Shown here: positions 29,301 to 44,300 of the stretch, piece after piece | Layout of the letters: each line of letters starts with the position of its first letter | Numbering within the stretch: position 1 is the stretch's first letter | DNA from: Nitrospirales bacterium | Lineage (GTDB): Bacteria > Nitrospirota > Nitrospiria > Nitrospirales > UBA8639 | DNA: 64,000 bases | Assembly: GCA_965203295.1 (NCBI GenBank) | Contig: CBDBCZ010000013.1 | Location: forward strand, 922,442-986,441 | Direction: 5' to 3' | Notes under the pieces: generated by a model | What the model was told of the DNA's origin: nothing | The model's database searches: none | The model's input: only the letters and a program-made list of their open reading frames with translations | Program-made: the position numbers and the translations under genes

Positions 29301-32300
29301 CTGCATCCATTTTTCTTAGGCAACAACGTGTACAGGTGTGCAGGGCATGCGCATGCGTAGTTCAATCACGTGGCTTCAGTGGTCTATCAGTACGGTTCAA
29401 AGTCCAGAATGCGCAGTGGTGGGCTGTCCTGTCAAAGTTCAAAGGCTGCCATAGAAGTACAGTGATATCTAATTTAGTAATAGTTTAATTAATTGCTTTA
29501 TGACAATTTTATTTAGTTTATAGTTTTAATTACTAAACTAGTGATATGCAGGGCATAGTGGGGTGAGCCTTCGCGAAGCATGTGATGACTGAGTATGTAC
29601 AAATTCTTCAGAGTCTGTGCAGTGATAGACTGAGTGAGTAACTTGAGGAATGAAAAATTTGGAGAATGCTCTGAAGTGCATTCCTGTCAGTGTGTTCTAT
29701 GGTCACTGCTCAGTGATGAGGTCCGTTTTCTCGTAGTAGAGCAGGAGCATCAGTGTAGTGCCAGCAAGTACTAGGCCTATAGAACACTATTAATCACGAT
29801 GGCTTTTTTCACAAGCATGGAAGTCAAAAACAGGCTCTTTCCTTTATGATATCAAGCTCACTGGGCAGTCATGGCAAGCTAGCGACAAAAGAAGTAATAT
29901 CCTGGGGCAGATTGATGACAGGTCATATTGCCCATGTCTAATAGCTACTGATATTTAATTAGCTAGCTAACAATGCCGGTCTTCTAACAAACCTTACATT
30001 CTGTTGGTTTGCAAAACACAGCGGTTCCTCTCCCGTTCACGCTGTCACTGAAGCCTCGTATACGCACGTGCACATGGTTAAAGAAGTTTATACCAAGGGC
30101 GCAAATATAGAACATTGTGCATAGTTCCGGCACGACGTACGTACCATATCCATAATGATGATAACTAGGTGAATGCAGCGCATTGTGGGGTGAGCGTGAG
30201 CGAGTACATACGTAGGTACTATTGCACAAAGATGGTAGCATGCAGAACTCTTTGAGCGCCTTGGGCACATTTATGTATAAAATAGAAAATACATGTACTA
30301 TATATTAACGCCTAATATAAAAAGGCCAATATAAATTCACATAAGCCTTATGGTTGTATAAAAACTTGGCAGGGAAAGAGTCGAGTCTATATGGATGTAT
30401 CTTCGCAGTACACAACACGTGAATGTGGTTGGGGTTGCAGTTTTACGCACGTGACTGTTTTTCGCTATTCGCGAATTAATGTTTAGATTCGGCAGGACGT
30501 ACGGAACAGACAGACAGACAGAGAAAATCGCGTTGACATGACAAGTGTGGGGCTCGCTCACGCTCGCCCCAATAATACGGACAAAAATGCAGAGTCAACT
30601 CGCTAGTGTGGGGCTCGCTCAGGCTTGCCCCAATTATGGATGCATTCACTAAAATGCAATTTAGTAGTAGTTATAGTTAACCAAAACAACACTAAGATTT
30701 ACGTAACTGGAAGTTCAACCACGAGGTGTTGCGGTTATTAAGCATGCAAACTGACCTTCCAGCCTTAACGGAACTGCAAGGAGGACGCTGATTGTTGCTC
30801 TATGTTGCACTTGTTGCTGTTCTTGGAATTGCAAGATACTGTGCAGTATGCCTAATATTTGCGCAACAAAAGGGCCCAGAATAGGCGTTGCTACATCCAA
30901 TACCAGAAAGAGCCAAAGGAAGCCTCTCGTGCTAGCTATAGTCCAGAAAATAAAATGGCAGCCTTCATACCAGTTCTAACGCTGACTCTGATAAGAGAAG
31001 GGCAGCCTCCCATGCTAGTTATGGTGCTGACCCTGATAACAAAAAGGCAGCCTTCAGGTTGGTTGGGTTTCAGCCCGACCACTTTTCTAGCATCTACTAT
31101 GCCTTTATGATTATCACGTCGATATCCAAATCTGCAGCGGTACCTGTGTGCATGCACTTTGCAATCCTGGACATGCCAGAGGGTGTGGACTCTCCATACC
31201 CTCTGATATTTGGGAGTTCCCCTGCTCTTCGTGTAATGAAGGTGGCAGCCGTACTCAATAAAGCACCAGAACAGTTCAAGTGATTTATTGCAAAGCCATG
31301 CATTTGCAAGTTCTATGAGCACAGAGTACACTGTAGCGATATTGTGGGTTATCTAGTTTACATCAGAACAACATGAAATCCCAAATTTTCATTCGTTGTG
31401 CTTTATCACGTCGTGTAATGAAGGTGGCAGCCGTACTCAATAAAGCACCAGAACAGTTTAAGTAAATTTAGTACACTGTAGCGATATTGTGGGTTACCGT
31501 AGGCGCTCTAAATCTGCGTCACTCTAATCTTGCGTCGAAATATGACAAACGGTAACCGTATTTTCTAATTTTGCGTTACTAGCAGGAAATTTTTTGGTTG
31601 GGCCCGTCCTAATGTTGCGTCATCGCTTCTGTCCTACCGTAAAGTGGTGTCAGGCTTAGACTCTGCGCCAGTATAAAAGGATGGCTTTCGAGGTCACAAA
31701 CAGAAAGGTGGCGAAAAGTGACGATGGCTAGTCGACGTCCGCTTCTTTCTCTTGCTCACTCTGCTCATGCTCACTGTCACTATCGATCGTTACCGGCTGT
31801 TGAACTTTTCGCGGCCTCCCCAGACCACGTTTCGCCTTCCAGCGGATTGGTAGCGGCCCATCCACGCGTCCAAAGAAGCTAGTGATCTTCGCAGCCATAG
31901 CAGATTAACGGTAAATCTACACGAGGTGTGATTCTGGTAAGCGCTTCAGCTAGCGTGTGCTTAGCGCTTACTGGTGCGGTATACCGTTCAGGCCATATTT
32001 TCTATTTATGCGTCAAAATGAATAAAATATTCCATGCCAATTTTCTAATTTTGCGTCATTCAGAGAAATAATTATTTTTGAGGGTGACGCAAATTTAGAG
32101 CGCCTACGGTATCTAATTTACATCAGAAACAACATGAAATCACAAATTTTTCTCAAGGGCGTGTTTCCTGCCTCCCCCATTTCTCGCACTTCTGCTACCT
32201 AATACTAATATTTGTACAAATGTCCGTACTTATGATGCTGACGCTTGTTTGTGTGTTGTGATCGGTTCCTGACATGCATACGTTGTGGAAACAACATGTA

Positions 32301-35300
32301 CAAATTCACACTGTCGACTAATGAATAATTATATCATGTACCCCTCCACTGACCTCTACAGGAGGGGTCATCTCAGTATAGTCAAGTGTCTCATCAATGA
32401 TGGACAATGCGATGTAAACATTGTGGACAGGTCTGGAGACACTCCTCTACATTGGGCTTGCAGGTGAGTTGCAAGCAACTTAATTTTTACCAGCTAGAGC
32501 ACGCGCAGCGCGCGAACAGCTGGTACTAAGATTGCTTTACGTTTTCTGCATTTGTCTGTCTGTTTGTCTGTGCGTCCGCACTTATCACGTGCGCAATATA
32601 TTACGTCATACGTTACTATGCAACGGCAGTGTATAGCAGCTTTTGGAAGTTTGCAGGCCAAGCTACAGCAAATGAAGGTAGTTTGTGTTGCCTAGACGGC
32701 GAAAACGTGGTAGGTATTCGTAAAGATCCCGGCATATAGCTACTAACTGGAGGCGCATGACGATACTGCTGAGTCAGCACTTTCGCTGTAAGCTTACCAC
32801 TCTAAGAATATAGCTCTACAGCTGTAGCTTAGCCTAAGCTGAGTTGTGTGTATTGTACGGGAAGGGCGTCCGGCTGGTTTTTTAGACATGAAATGTCAGA
32901 CTTGTTCCATCTAAGTGTACATTAGTGATAGCATCCGTAAGAAGATGAGGTTATATACAGCAGGGTCATGGTCATTAATTGGGTTTCAGCCTGAAAATTT
33001 TCAGTTGGTTTTTTAATGATTTGCATGCATGCATTTTGGTGCGAGGAGAATACTTGAGAGAGATCACTTCGTGGTTTATCATGCACACGACGTGTGATGA
33101 AGGTGGCAGCCTTGCCCGATAAAGCACCTTGCTCACCAGGTCAAAACAATGTGAGTCAATTGTTATGGAGCCACAACTTTCTGAGTAGTGTGAGTGCTGA
33201 TAGTACTATGGTTATATACCGTATAGTCGGAAAATTTCGCGAGAGCACACTATGGTTATGTAGTGGATGGTGCAATTCTTACGTAAAATCACATCAGAAA
33301 TAATTAGAGAAGGCGCAAAATCCCAAATTTTCCTCAGGGCGAGCTCCTAGACTCCCCTATTGTCGTGATTTACATGACAGTACATGCAGTAGTAGTACTG
33401 CCTAGTACTAGTGTTTGTACATAGCATATGAGCCCATATTGTGCCAAGGCTTGCTCTGTAGAAACAATATGTACAACTCTCTACTGATGAATAATTGCAT
33501 CATGTACCCCTCCACTGACCTCTGCAGGGAGGGTCATCTCAGTATTGTCCAGTGTCTCATCCGTGAACGACATAGCGATGTAAACATGGTGAACCACTCT
33601 AGAAACACTCCTCTACATTGGGCTTGCAGGTGAGCTTCAAGCAATGAAAGTTTAAAGCTAAATGTACTTCATTGACATCACCAGTGAAAAGATATAGCAA
33701 CTAGGGCCATAGTTTCAGTCCGACCACTTTGAATTGGTTTTTTAAATTAATAATTAGCCCTGTAGACATGTACATTAACGTAGACGTGTACCCACATTAT
33801 TGAGAAAGGGATTCTCCAGGGAAATCCTAAGTGTGGTTAGTGACGTTAAAGCGGACTAATACTTTCATTATAGCACTATTTTCAGGGCCTTCCCCATGCA
33901 AATAAAGAGATAATCTGCAATGAATAACATCTACCTAGTCCTATTGTTTGTACATATTCCCATAGCATGAGCCCGTATGGTGCCGAGGCTTACTTTGTAG
34001 AAACAACTACAAACTGTTCACTGATGTTCAATGACCCCTCCACTGACCTCTGCAGGAACGGTGAACTCACTATTGTCCAGTGTCTCATCCGTGAACGACA
34101 TTGCGATGTAAACATTGTGAACTGGTCTGGAAAGACTCCTCTACATTGGGCTTGCGGGTGAGCTGCAAAAAAAAATTCAGCTAAGTGTAATTCAGTGACA
34201 TCACCATTGAGAAGATGAGGGTATAGCAGGGCCGTGGTCATCAATTTGGTTTCAGCCTCACCACTTTGAGATGTTTTTATAATAATCGGTAAGCGTGGAT
34301 TTGGTACGAGGAGAATACTTGGGAGAGGTCACGTTTTGGTATATTATCATCACTTGTGATGAAAGTGGCAGCCTTGCCCGATAAAGCACGTTGCTCACCA
34401 GGTCAAAACAACGTGAATCGATTATTGTGGAGCCACAACCTTCTGAGCTCTGCGAGTGTTGAGCGCACTATGGCTATGTAGTAGTTTGTGAAATTCTTGC
34501 ATCATAAATGATTAGAGAAGGCCTGAAATCCAAAATTGTCCTGATGGCAAGCTCCCAGACCTATTGTCGTCTTTAATACAACACATACATGTACATATTC
34601 CCATATTGTGCAGAGGCTTGCTTGGTAGAAACAGTATGTACAACTACACACTGTTGAGTGATGAAGAATTGTATACCTCTGCAGGGCTGGTCATCTCAAT
34701 ATTGTCAAATATCTCATCAATGAAGGACATTGCGATGTAAACATAGAGGACATTTCTGGAAACACTCCTCTACATCAGGCTTGCAGGTGAGCTGCAAGCA
34801 TCTTGAGCTAAATGTATTTTAGTGACATTACCATGGAGAAGATAAGGGTATAGCACCTATGACCGTGGTCATCAATTGCTTCAACCCAACCACTTTTGTC
34901 AATGAGTTAGTTTTTACAATTGATATTATATAAGTTATCCCTTTAACCCTTGGAGTGCGGTACTTAATTATTCATAACTTCCATGTCATGCGGAAGCCAA
35001 ATTAATTTTTGTCTTCATTGCATGTGCTCGCCGTTTTGTAGAGTTGTAGGCTATTCATCGTGCTGAACGGCAACACTGGAGACCAGGAAGTGTAAAACTG
35101 TCGTTTAGGGTGTAGCTGGTGTGCTAAAGTCCCTACTAATGCAGAAGAGCGAATACAAACGGCAGGCGCCATTTTCATGTGTCTGTCCCCTCAACTACCG
35201 TGGTGAATCACTTCTGTTACTTCGTGCCAGTTCTGTTACTAAGTGCTGGATCTGTACATAAGGCCTAGCCCTCTGACTGCAGGCGTACTCAGCGTTTTTG

Positions 35301-38300
35301 GCTTCAAAAGCCTTGTAGACGCTAGCCGCGCCTTTGCCGCACTAAGCGTCATGCGTGCCCTTAAATTGGAAGGGTCTGACCTGTAGCACCTATTACGGCA
35401 AGCACATATATATACGCTCACCGCTTTCAAAGGGTTAAACCCCGTAGACATGTACACACATCATGAAAATTGATCATATACATTATAACGTAGACATGTA
35501 TCCTCATTAAAGTGATGCTCCAGGGAAATCTCAATTGTGGTTATTGACGTTGCAGTGGATACTTTCATTATAGCACTATTTTCAAGGCCTTTCCCATGCA
35601 GAGCAAGAGATAATTCCACCCTGAATAACAATGTCATCTTTTCACAACTGATAATATACAGACCACAATTTAGTGAACCGCAGTAGCACTTCCAAAATAA
35701 GGCTAGCTGTCTCTTACAACACCACTGAAAAGTCTATGGATGTGCTGCTTATCCTTCAAGGCATCATTCTCTGATGTAATTGGCGGTAATAATGAATTAT
35801 TGTTTGGTGTATAGAATTCACTGTCACTTGGCACTTTGTTTTGTCAATCGTGTTTGAATCTGACATCAAATTACAGCTTGGGAGCTCTTCTCTTCAGTTC
35901 TGTAGAGAGTTTAGTTCAAGTCATCTCTCGTCTTTCGCTAAAAACCCATAAACCAAGCTTACTGCCGTGTTCGTTGTGTAATAAAGATTATTCTTGTAAA
36001 TAAGTCACTTAATGGGCATGTGCATTGCAGGGCATAGATAGTGAATTAATTAATTGGCATGCATGCACTTTGGTACCAAGGCTTGCTTTGTAGAAACAAT
36101 GTGATGTACAACTACGCAGTGTTCACTGTTGTCGATTGTATCATGTACCCCTCCACTGACCTCTGCAAGAGGGGTCATTTCAATATAGCCCAGGCTTGTA
36201 TGTGTACTTTGATCAGTTCCTGACATGCATGCCGTGTAGAAAGAACATGTACAACTTCACACTGTTGACTGATGAATAATTGTATCATGTACCCCTCCAC
36301 TGACATGTACAGGGAGGGTCATCTCAGTATTGTCAAGTATCTGATCAGTGAAGGACTATGCGATGTAAACAAGGTGAACTGCTTTGGATACACACCTCTA
36401 CACTGGGCTTGCAGGTGAGCTGCAAGCATCCTAATTTTTCAGTTAAATGTAATTCAATGACATCACCATTGAGAAGATGAGGGTATAGCAGGGCCGTGGT
36501 CATTAATTAGGTTTCAGCCTCACCACTATCAGTTGGTGTTTTTAGTAATTGACAAGCATGAATATTGGTGCCAGGAAAATACTTAAGAGAGATCACACCG
36601 TGGTTTATCACGGCGTATGATGAAGGTGGCAGCCTTGCCCGATAAAGCACCCTGCTTACACGGTAAAACTATGTGAGTCAACTTGTGGAGCCACACCCTT
36701 GTGCATTCAGCGAGTGCTGAGCACACTATTGCTATGTAGTATTCAATTCTTGCCTAAGATTACATCAGAAATTATTAGAGACGGCTTGAAATTTCAAATT
36801 TTCCTGACTGTGCATGCTCCCAGACTTCCCTGTTGTCGTGATTTACACAGTTTTTAGACATGAAATGTCAGACTTGTTCCATCTAAGTGTACATTAGTGA
36901 TAGCATAAGAAGATGAGGTTATATACAGCAGGGTCATGGTCATTCAGCCTGAAAATTTTCAGTTGGTTTTTTTATGATTTGCATGCATGCATTTTGGTGC
37001 GAGGAGAATACTTGAGAGAGATCACTTTGTGGTTTATCATGCGCACGACGTGTGATGAAGGTGGCAGCCTTGCCCTATAAAGCATCCCACTCACCAGGTC
37101 AAAACAATGTGAGTCAATTGTTGTGGAGCCACAACCTTCTGAGTTCTGCGGGTGTTGAGCGCTCTATGGCTATGTAGTAGATTGTGCAATTCTTACATAA
37201 AATCATGCACATCGAAAATAATTATTAGAGAAGGCACAAATTCCCAAATTTTCCTCAGGGCGAGCTCCTAGACTCCCCTATTGTCGTGATTACATGACAG
37301 TACATGCAGTAGTGGTACTGCCTAGTACTAGTGTTGTACATAGCATGAGCCCATATTGTGCCAAGGCTTGCTCTGTAGAAACAATAACTCTTTTCTGATG
37401 AATTATTGTATCATGAATTATTGTATCATGAACCCCTCCACTGACCTCCACAGGGAGGGTCTCCTCAGTATTGTCCACAGGAAGGGTGCACTCACTATTG
37501 TCGAGTATCTCATCAGTGAAGGACACTGCGATGTAAACATTGTGGACAGTTCTGGAAACACTCCTCTACATTGGGCTTGCCAGTGAGCTGCAGACAATTT
37601 AAGTTTAGAGCTAAATGTACTTCATTGACATCGCCAGTGGGAAGATGTGGGTATAGCAACTAGGGCCGTAGTTATCGATGGTTTCACTCCGACCACTTTG
37701 AGTTGGTTTTTTAAATTTATAATTATATAATTATATAATTATCCCTTTAAGCCCCATGGACAATGCATGTACATTTACATTAACGTAGATGTGTATCCAC
37801 ATTATTGAGATTTTACTAGAAGGGAGTCACCATGCAGGGACATCCCAACTGTGGATAGTGACATTACCGCGGACTAATACTTTTGTAATAGCACTATTTT
37901 CAGGGCCTTTCCCATGCAGATAAAAAGATAATCTATAACATCTACCTAGTCCTAGTGTTTGTGCATATTCCCATAGTATGAGCCCGTATGGTGCCGAGGC
38001 TTACGTACTTTGTACAAACAGTACTGTTCACTGATGTTCATTGTATCATGTACCCCTCCACTGACCTCTGCAGGAACGGTGAACTCACTATTGTCCAGTG
38101 TCTCATCCGTGAGCGACATTGCAATGTAAACATTGTGGACAGGTCTGGAGACACTCCTCTACATTGGGCTTGCGGGTGAGCTGCAAAAAAATTCAGCTAA
38201 GTGTAATTCAGTGACATCAGCATTGAGAAGATGAGGGTATAGCAGGGCCGTGGTCATCAATTTGGTTTCAGCCTCACCACTTTGAGTTATTTTTTTAATA

Positions 38301-41300
38301 ATCGGTAAGCCTGCATATGGTGCGAGGAGAATACTTGGGAGAGATCACGTTGTGGTGTATCATGACTTGTGATGAAAGTGGCAGCCTTGCCCGATAAAAC
38401 ACGTTGCTCACCGGGTCAAAACAATGTGAATCGATTATTGTAGAGCCACAACCTTCTGAGCTCTGCGAGTGTTGAGCGCACTATGGCTATGTAGTAGTTT
38501 GTGAAATTCTTGCATCATAAATGATTAGAGAAGGCCTGAAATCCAAAATTGTCCTGACTGCAAGCTCCCAGACTCCCCTATTATCGTCTTTAATACAACA
38601 CATACATGTACATATTCCCATATTGTGCAGAGGCTTGCTTGGTAGAAACAGTATGTACAACTACACACTGTTGACTGATGAAGAATCGTATACTGCTCCC
38701 CTCAACCGACCTCTGCAGGGCTGGTCATCTCAATATTGTCAAATATCTCATCAATGAAGGACATTGCGATGTAAACATAGAGGACATTTCTGGAAGCACT
38801 CCTCTACATCAGGCTTGTAGGTGAGCTGCAAGCATCTTGAGCTAAATGTATTTCAGTGACATTACCGTTGAGAAGATATGGGTATAGCACCTATGGCCAT
38901 GGTCATCAATTGTTTCAACCCAACCACTTTAACTTTGTCAATGAGTTGGTTTTTACAATTAATATTATACTCGTTATCCCTTTAATTACCCCTTGGAGCA
39001 CGGTACTTAATTATTCATAACTTCCACGTCATTCAGAAGCCAATTTAATTTTTGTCTTCATTGCATGTGCTCGCCGCTTTGTAGCGTGTAGGCTATTTAT
39101 CGTGCTGAACGGCAACACTGGAGACCAGGAAGTGTAAAACTGTCGTTGTTTAGGGTGTAGCTGGTGTGCTAAAGTCCCTACTAATGCAGAAGAGTGAATA
39201 CAAACGGCAGGCGCCATTTTCATATGTCTGTCCCCTCAACTACCGTGGTGAGTCACTTCTGTTACTTCGTGGCAGTTCTGTTACTAAGTGCTGGATCTGT
39301 ACATAAGGCCTAGCGCTCTGACTGCAGGCATACTCAGCGCTTTTGGCTCCAAAAGCCTTGTAGACGCTAGCCGCGCCTTTGCCGCACTAACTAAGCGTCA
39401 TGCGTGCTTTTAAATTAGAAGGGTCTGACCTGTAGCACCTATTATGGCAAGCACATATATATATGCTCGCCGCATTCAAAGGGTTAAACCCCGTAGACAT
39501 GTACACACATCATGAAAATTGATCATATACATTATAACGTAGACATGTATCCTCATTAAAGTGATGCTCCAGGGAAATCTCAATTGTGGTTATTGACGTT
39601 GCAGTGGATACTTTCATTATAGCACTATTTTCAAGGCCTTTCCCATGCAGAGCAAGAGATAATTCCACCCTGAATAACAATGTCATCTTTTCACAACTGA
39701 TAATATACAGACCACAATTTAGTGAACCGCAGTAGCACTTCCAAAATAAGGCTAGCTGTCTCTTACAACACCACTGAAAAGTCTATGGATGTGCTGCTTA
39801 TCCTTCAAGGCATCATTCTCTGATGTAATTGGCGGTAATAATGAATTATTGTTTGGTGTATAGAATTCACTGTCACTTGGCACTTTGTTTTGTCAATCGT
39901 GTTTGAATCGGACATCAAATTACAGCTTGGGAGCTCTTCTCTTCAGTTCTGTAGAGAGTTTAGTTCAAGTCACCTCTCGTCTTTCGCTAAAAAGCCATAA
40001 ACCAAACTAACTGCCGTGTTCGTTGTGTAATAAAAATTATTCTTGTAAATAAGTCACTTAATGTGCATGTGCATTGCGGGGCATAGATAGTGAATCAATT
40101 AATTGGCATGCATGCACTTTGGTACAAAGGCTTGCTTTGTAGAAACAATTTGATGTACAACTACACACCGTTCACTGATGTCAATTGTATCATGTACCCC
40201 TCCACTGACCTCTACAGGAAGGGTCATCTCAGTATTGTCCAGTGTCTCATCCGTGAACGACATTGCGATGTAAACATTGTGGACAGTTCTGGAAACACTC
40301 CTCTGCATTGGGCTTGGAGGTGAGCTGCAAGCAACTCAATTTTTCAGTTAAATGTACTTCAGTGACATCGCCATTGAGAAGATGAGGGTATAGCAGGGCC
40401 GTGGTCATTAATTGGGTTTCAGCCTCACCACTATCAGTTGGTGTTTTTAATAATTGGCAAGCATAAATTTTGGATGTATACATGCACTTTGGTGCGACGA
40501 GAGTACATGAGAGAGATCACGCCGTGATTTATCATGACGTGTGATGAAGGTGGTAGCCTTGCCCGATAAAGCACACTGTTTACCAGGATAAAACAATGTG
40601 AGTCAATTATTGTTGCCAAAATTTACATCAGAAATGATTAGAGAATGCCAGAAGTTCCTGAGTGGGCATGCTCCCATGACTTCCCTGTTGTCATGATTTA
40701 CACGCTTTGATACAGCACATAATTATAGTGTTTGTACATACCATATAGCCGAAAAATTTGGCGAGAACTTTAATTTGGCAGTTTGGCAAATTGTAAAAAA
40801 TCGCCAAATTAAATTCTCACGCATTATGATATACGTAATACCCACGCACGCATACAGCTACAAGAAAGAAGTTGTTATTCCCACTCCACGTACGTGTTTT
40901 CTCTCTGTCTGGGAAGGATATAGAACTCGTAAACAATTGTTTTTGGCGATTTCGCCATATTTATTTCTCGCCAAATTTCCCGGCTATACGGTATTCCCAT
41001 AACTTGAGCCCTTATGGTGCCGAGGCTTCCTTTGAAGGAACAATATGTACTACTACACAGTGTTCACTGATATCAATCGTATCATGTACCCCTCCACTGA
41101 AATCCGCAGGAGGGGTCATTTCAATTTTGTCCAGGCGTGTACCGTAATTTTCACCAAAGTTGATATTTTGCCAAATTCGCCAGTCGGTTCAAGCAAAAAT
41201 TTCCGGCTATACAGTGTATGTAGTTTGATCAGTTCCTGACATGCATGCAGTGTAGAAAGAATATGTACAACTTCACACTGTTGACTGATTTATAATTGTA

Positions 41301-44300
41301 TAAAGACCCCTCCACTGACCTCTGCAGGAGGGGTCATCTCAGCACTGTCCAGTGTCTCATCAGTGAAGGACAATGCGATGTAAACATTGTGGACAGCTCT
41401 GGAGACACTCCTCTGCATTGGGCTTGTAGGTGAGCTGCAAGCATCTAAATTTTTCAGCTAAGTGTACTTCAGTGACAACATGAGGGTATAGCCGGGACAA
41501 GATGAGGGTATAGCAGGGCCTTGGTCATTAATTGTGTTTCAGCCTGACCACTGTGAGTTAGTTTTTTAATAATTGGCGAGCATGCATTTTGGTGCAAGGC
41601 GAATACTTGAGATCACACCATGGTCTATCAAGACGTGTGAGGAAGGTGGCAGCCTTGCCCGATAAAGCACCCTGCTCACCAGGTCAAAACTATGTGAATC
41701 AACTTTGCGGAACCACAACTTTCTGAGAAGTGTGAGTGCTGATCGTACTATGGTTATATACTGTATAGTGGGAAAATTTCGCGAGAATTAAATTTGGTGA
41801 AGTCGCCAAAATGACTAATATTAACCCTTTGGCTTCCGTGAGCGCCAAATGGTGCTCTTAAAATGCCTTGTCTTACCAACCCCGTAGCGCTGCATAGTAC
41901 GCCGCAGCCACAACGATCATATCCTGTTTACTTTGCACATGTATTGACCTCTGTACTGATATATATTTTATCAATATTCATAGCTTCCTGTACGGATATA
42001 ACAACCACAAAAATGTCGCTATTGCGCTAGTCCGCGTGGCAAGTTTTCTGGTCGGTGCTTCCTTCTGGTCTTCTCAGTTTCTGTAGGTTCTCTATGTCTG
42101 TAACCCGTCTGTGCATCTCCAGAGCCTATTCTATACTGTAGCTACTGCCTATCAGTCATCATACTCCGTGCTTTAGCTAGCTATCGTGCCCAGCCAGAAA
42201 ATCACAAATTTACAACGCGTTTACAAGTCACGTGACCTAACACGTGTTTCCATGGCAACGCATTGTGCGTAGTGCCTCAGGGGATTTCCCTCAGGGCATT
42301 CTGCAGTGCAGTAGGGCCTAGCAGGAGACAGTAATAATTCAGATTACTGGAGGTAAGCTCACAGACAAAAATAATATTTACAAATCTAGGAAGCCAAAGG
42401 GTTAAATATTGGCGAAATTTGAATTTGGCGATTGTGTACGGCGAAGGTTATGACGTAATCAATTATTTTTGGCAATTTATGTATCGGCGTGTGACGTAAA
42501 CCTAGCTAGGCGAACAACGTGCAACGCTGCTGAACATGTAATGTTTTTTGTCACTGAGATCGAGAATGGAGACATTGGACTCACTGATCTTACTATCCAG
42601 AAGCTTCGTAGCAGCCTTTGTCACTCCATTGTCAGCGGCATACTTTCCAAATTTATTTGCGCCCTTTCTTCTGGCGTGTAAAACTAGTGTTAAACTTCCC
42701 TCGAGGTGACTGGGACAGGCTTCGAGTCTCCAGATAGAGAGAGCTTTACAGCTTTGTTCGCGAGTTCGATATCCTTGAGGAAACACGTACGTGGAGTGGG
42801 AACAACTTCTTTCTTGTAGCTGTATGCGCGCGTGGGTGTTACGTATTACATAATGCGTGAGAAATTTAATTTGGCGAGAATTTAATTTGGCAATTTTTTA
42901 CGATTCGCCAAACCACCAAATTAAAGTCCTCGCCAATTTTTCCGGCTATACGATAGTAGGTTGTGCAATTCTTGCTTAAAATTACATCAGATATGAGGCC
43001 TAAAATTCCTGAGGGCAGGCTCCTAGACTCCCCTATTGTTGTGATTTACATGCATTACTACAGCACATACAGAACTAGTGCTACCTACTGCTAGTGTTTG
43101 TATATATTCCCATTTGGTGCAGAGGCTTGCTTAGTAGAAACAGTATGTACAACTACACACTGTTCACTTGTGTCAATTGTATCATGTACCCCTCCACTGA
43201 CCTCTGCAGGAACGGTGAACTCAGTATTGTCCAGTGTCTCATCAGTGAACGACATTACGATGTAAACATAGTGGACAGTTCTGGAAACACTCCTCTACAT
43301 TGGGCTTGCGGGTGAGCTGCAAGCAACTTGAACTAAATGTACTTCAGTGACATCATCAACTAGAAGTCTCTAGCAGAGACATACCCCGCGGTGCATAATT
43401 CACAACTTGGACCTGGCAGGACTGCAGACTGGGCTGATCGAGTAGTTGGCAAAGTGTACATGTATATCACTGGCTGTGTATCCGCACGCAGAGTGTACAG
43501 CGCTCGTGTACGCGTATATATCTGTTTATCCTATGGGAAGTGGTGGGCGTGACTGATTGCCAATATGAACACGTGACCAGAGTCCGTATATGCCCGGCCT
43601 CTATCGTATTCTAGTTGTGACCGTATTAAAATGGCAGAATGCACCGTTGTTAAATAAGAAAGAGCTGTAGATACAGCGAATGGAACCACTTTGGCGACTA
43701 TCAGGTACACACCCGGACAATCGCTTAACCCTGTAAATCGCGAGATAGCCCGATTTTTGAGTGGACAGACACCGGACAGACGGTCGGACGGACGGACGGA
43801 CAGACAGAACCAATTGCTTAACCCTGCCGCCGCCTACGTGCCGCGGGGTAATAAAAAGATGAGGGTATAGCAGCTATGGCTTGGTCATCAATGATGCTCC
43901 AGGGAACGCAGCACATCTTGTGCATTGTGTGAGTGCTGAGCGCACTATGGCTATATAGTATATTGTACTAAACTACATCGGAAAAGATTAGAGAATGCTT
44001 GAAATCCCGAAATTTTCTGAGTGGGCATTCTCCCAGACTTCCCTATTGTCAATACAGCACATACAGTACTAGTACTACCTACTACGTACTACGTACACAT
44101 GCATGAGCCCATAATATTATGGTGCTTCGGCTTGCTTTGTAGAAACAATTTAATGTACAAGCTAGTACATACTGTTCACTGATGTCAATTGTATCATGTA
44201 TCCCTCCACTGACCTCTACAGGGAGGGTCATCTCAGTACTGTCCAGTGTCTCATCCGTGAAAGACATTGCGATGTAAACATTGCGGACAGTTCTGGAAAC

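Noticed and set aside
24715..30060. Candidate termini of the hAT element
   Set aside because: No convincing TIR pair with an 8-bp target duplication could be found by eye.
30860..31057. Peptide repeats like KRAASHASYGADPDNKKAA, possibly from a Helitron-type ORF
   Set aside because: Short, frameshifted and without catalytic motifs; cannot be assigned.
33094..33185. Possible intronic C/D-box snoRNA repeated in the ankyrin introns (GTGATGA ... CTGA about 90 nt apart)
   Set aside because: Box C is mutated in many copies (gtgagga, gtaatga, gtgataa, gtgacaa), box D is absent in others, and the terminal stem is not conserved.
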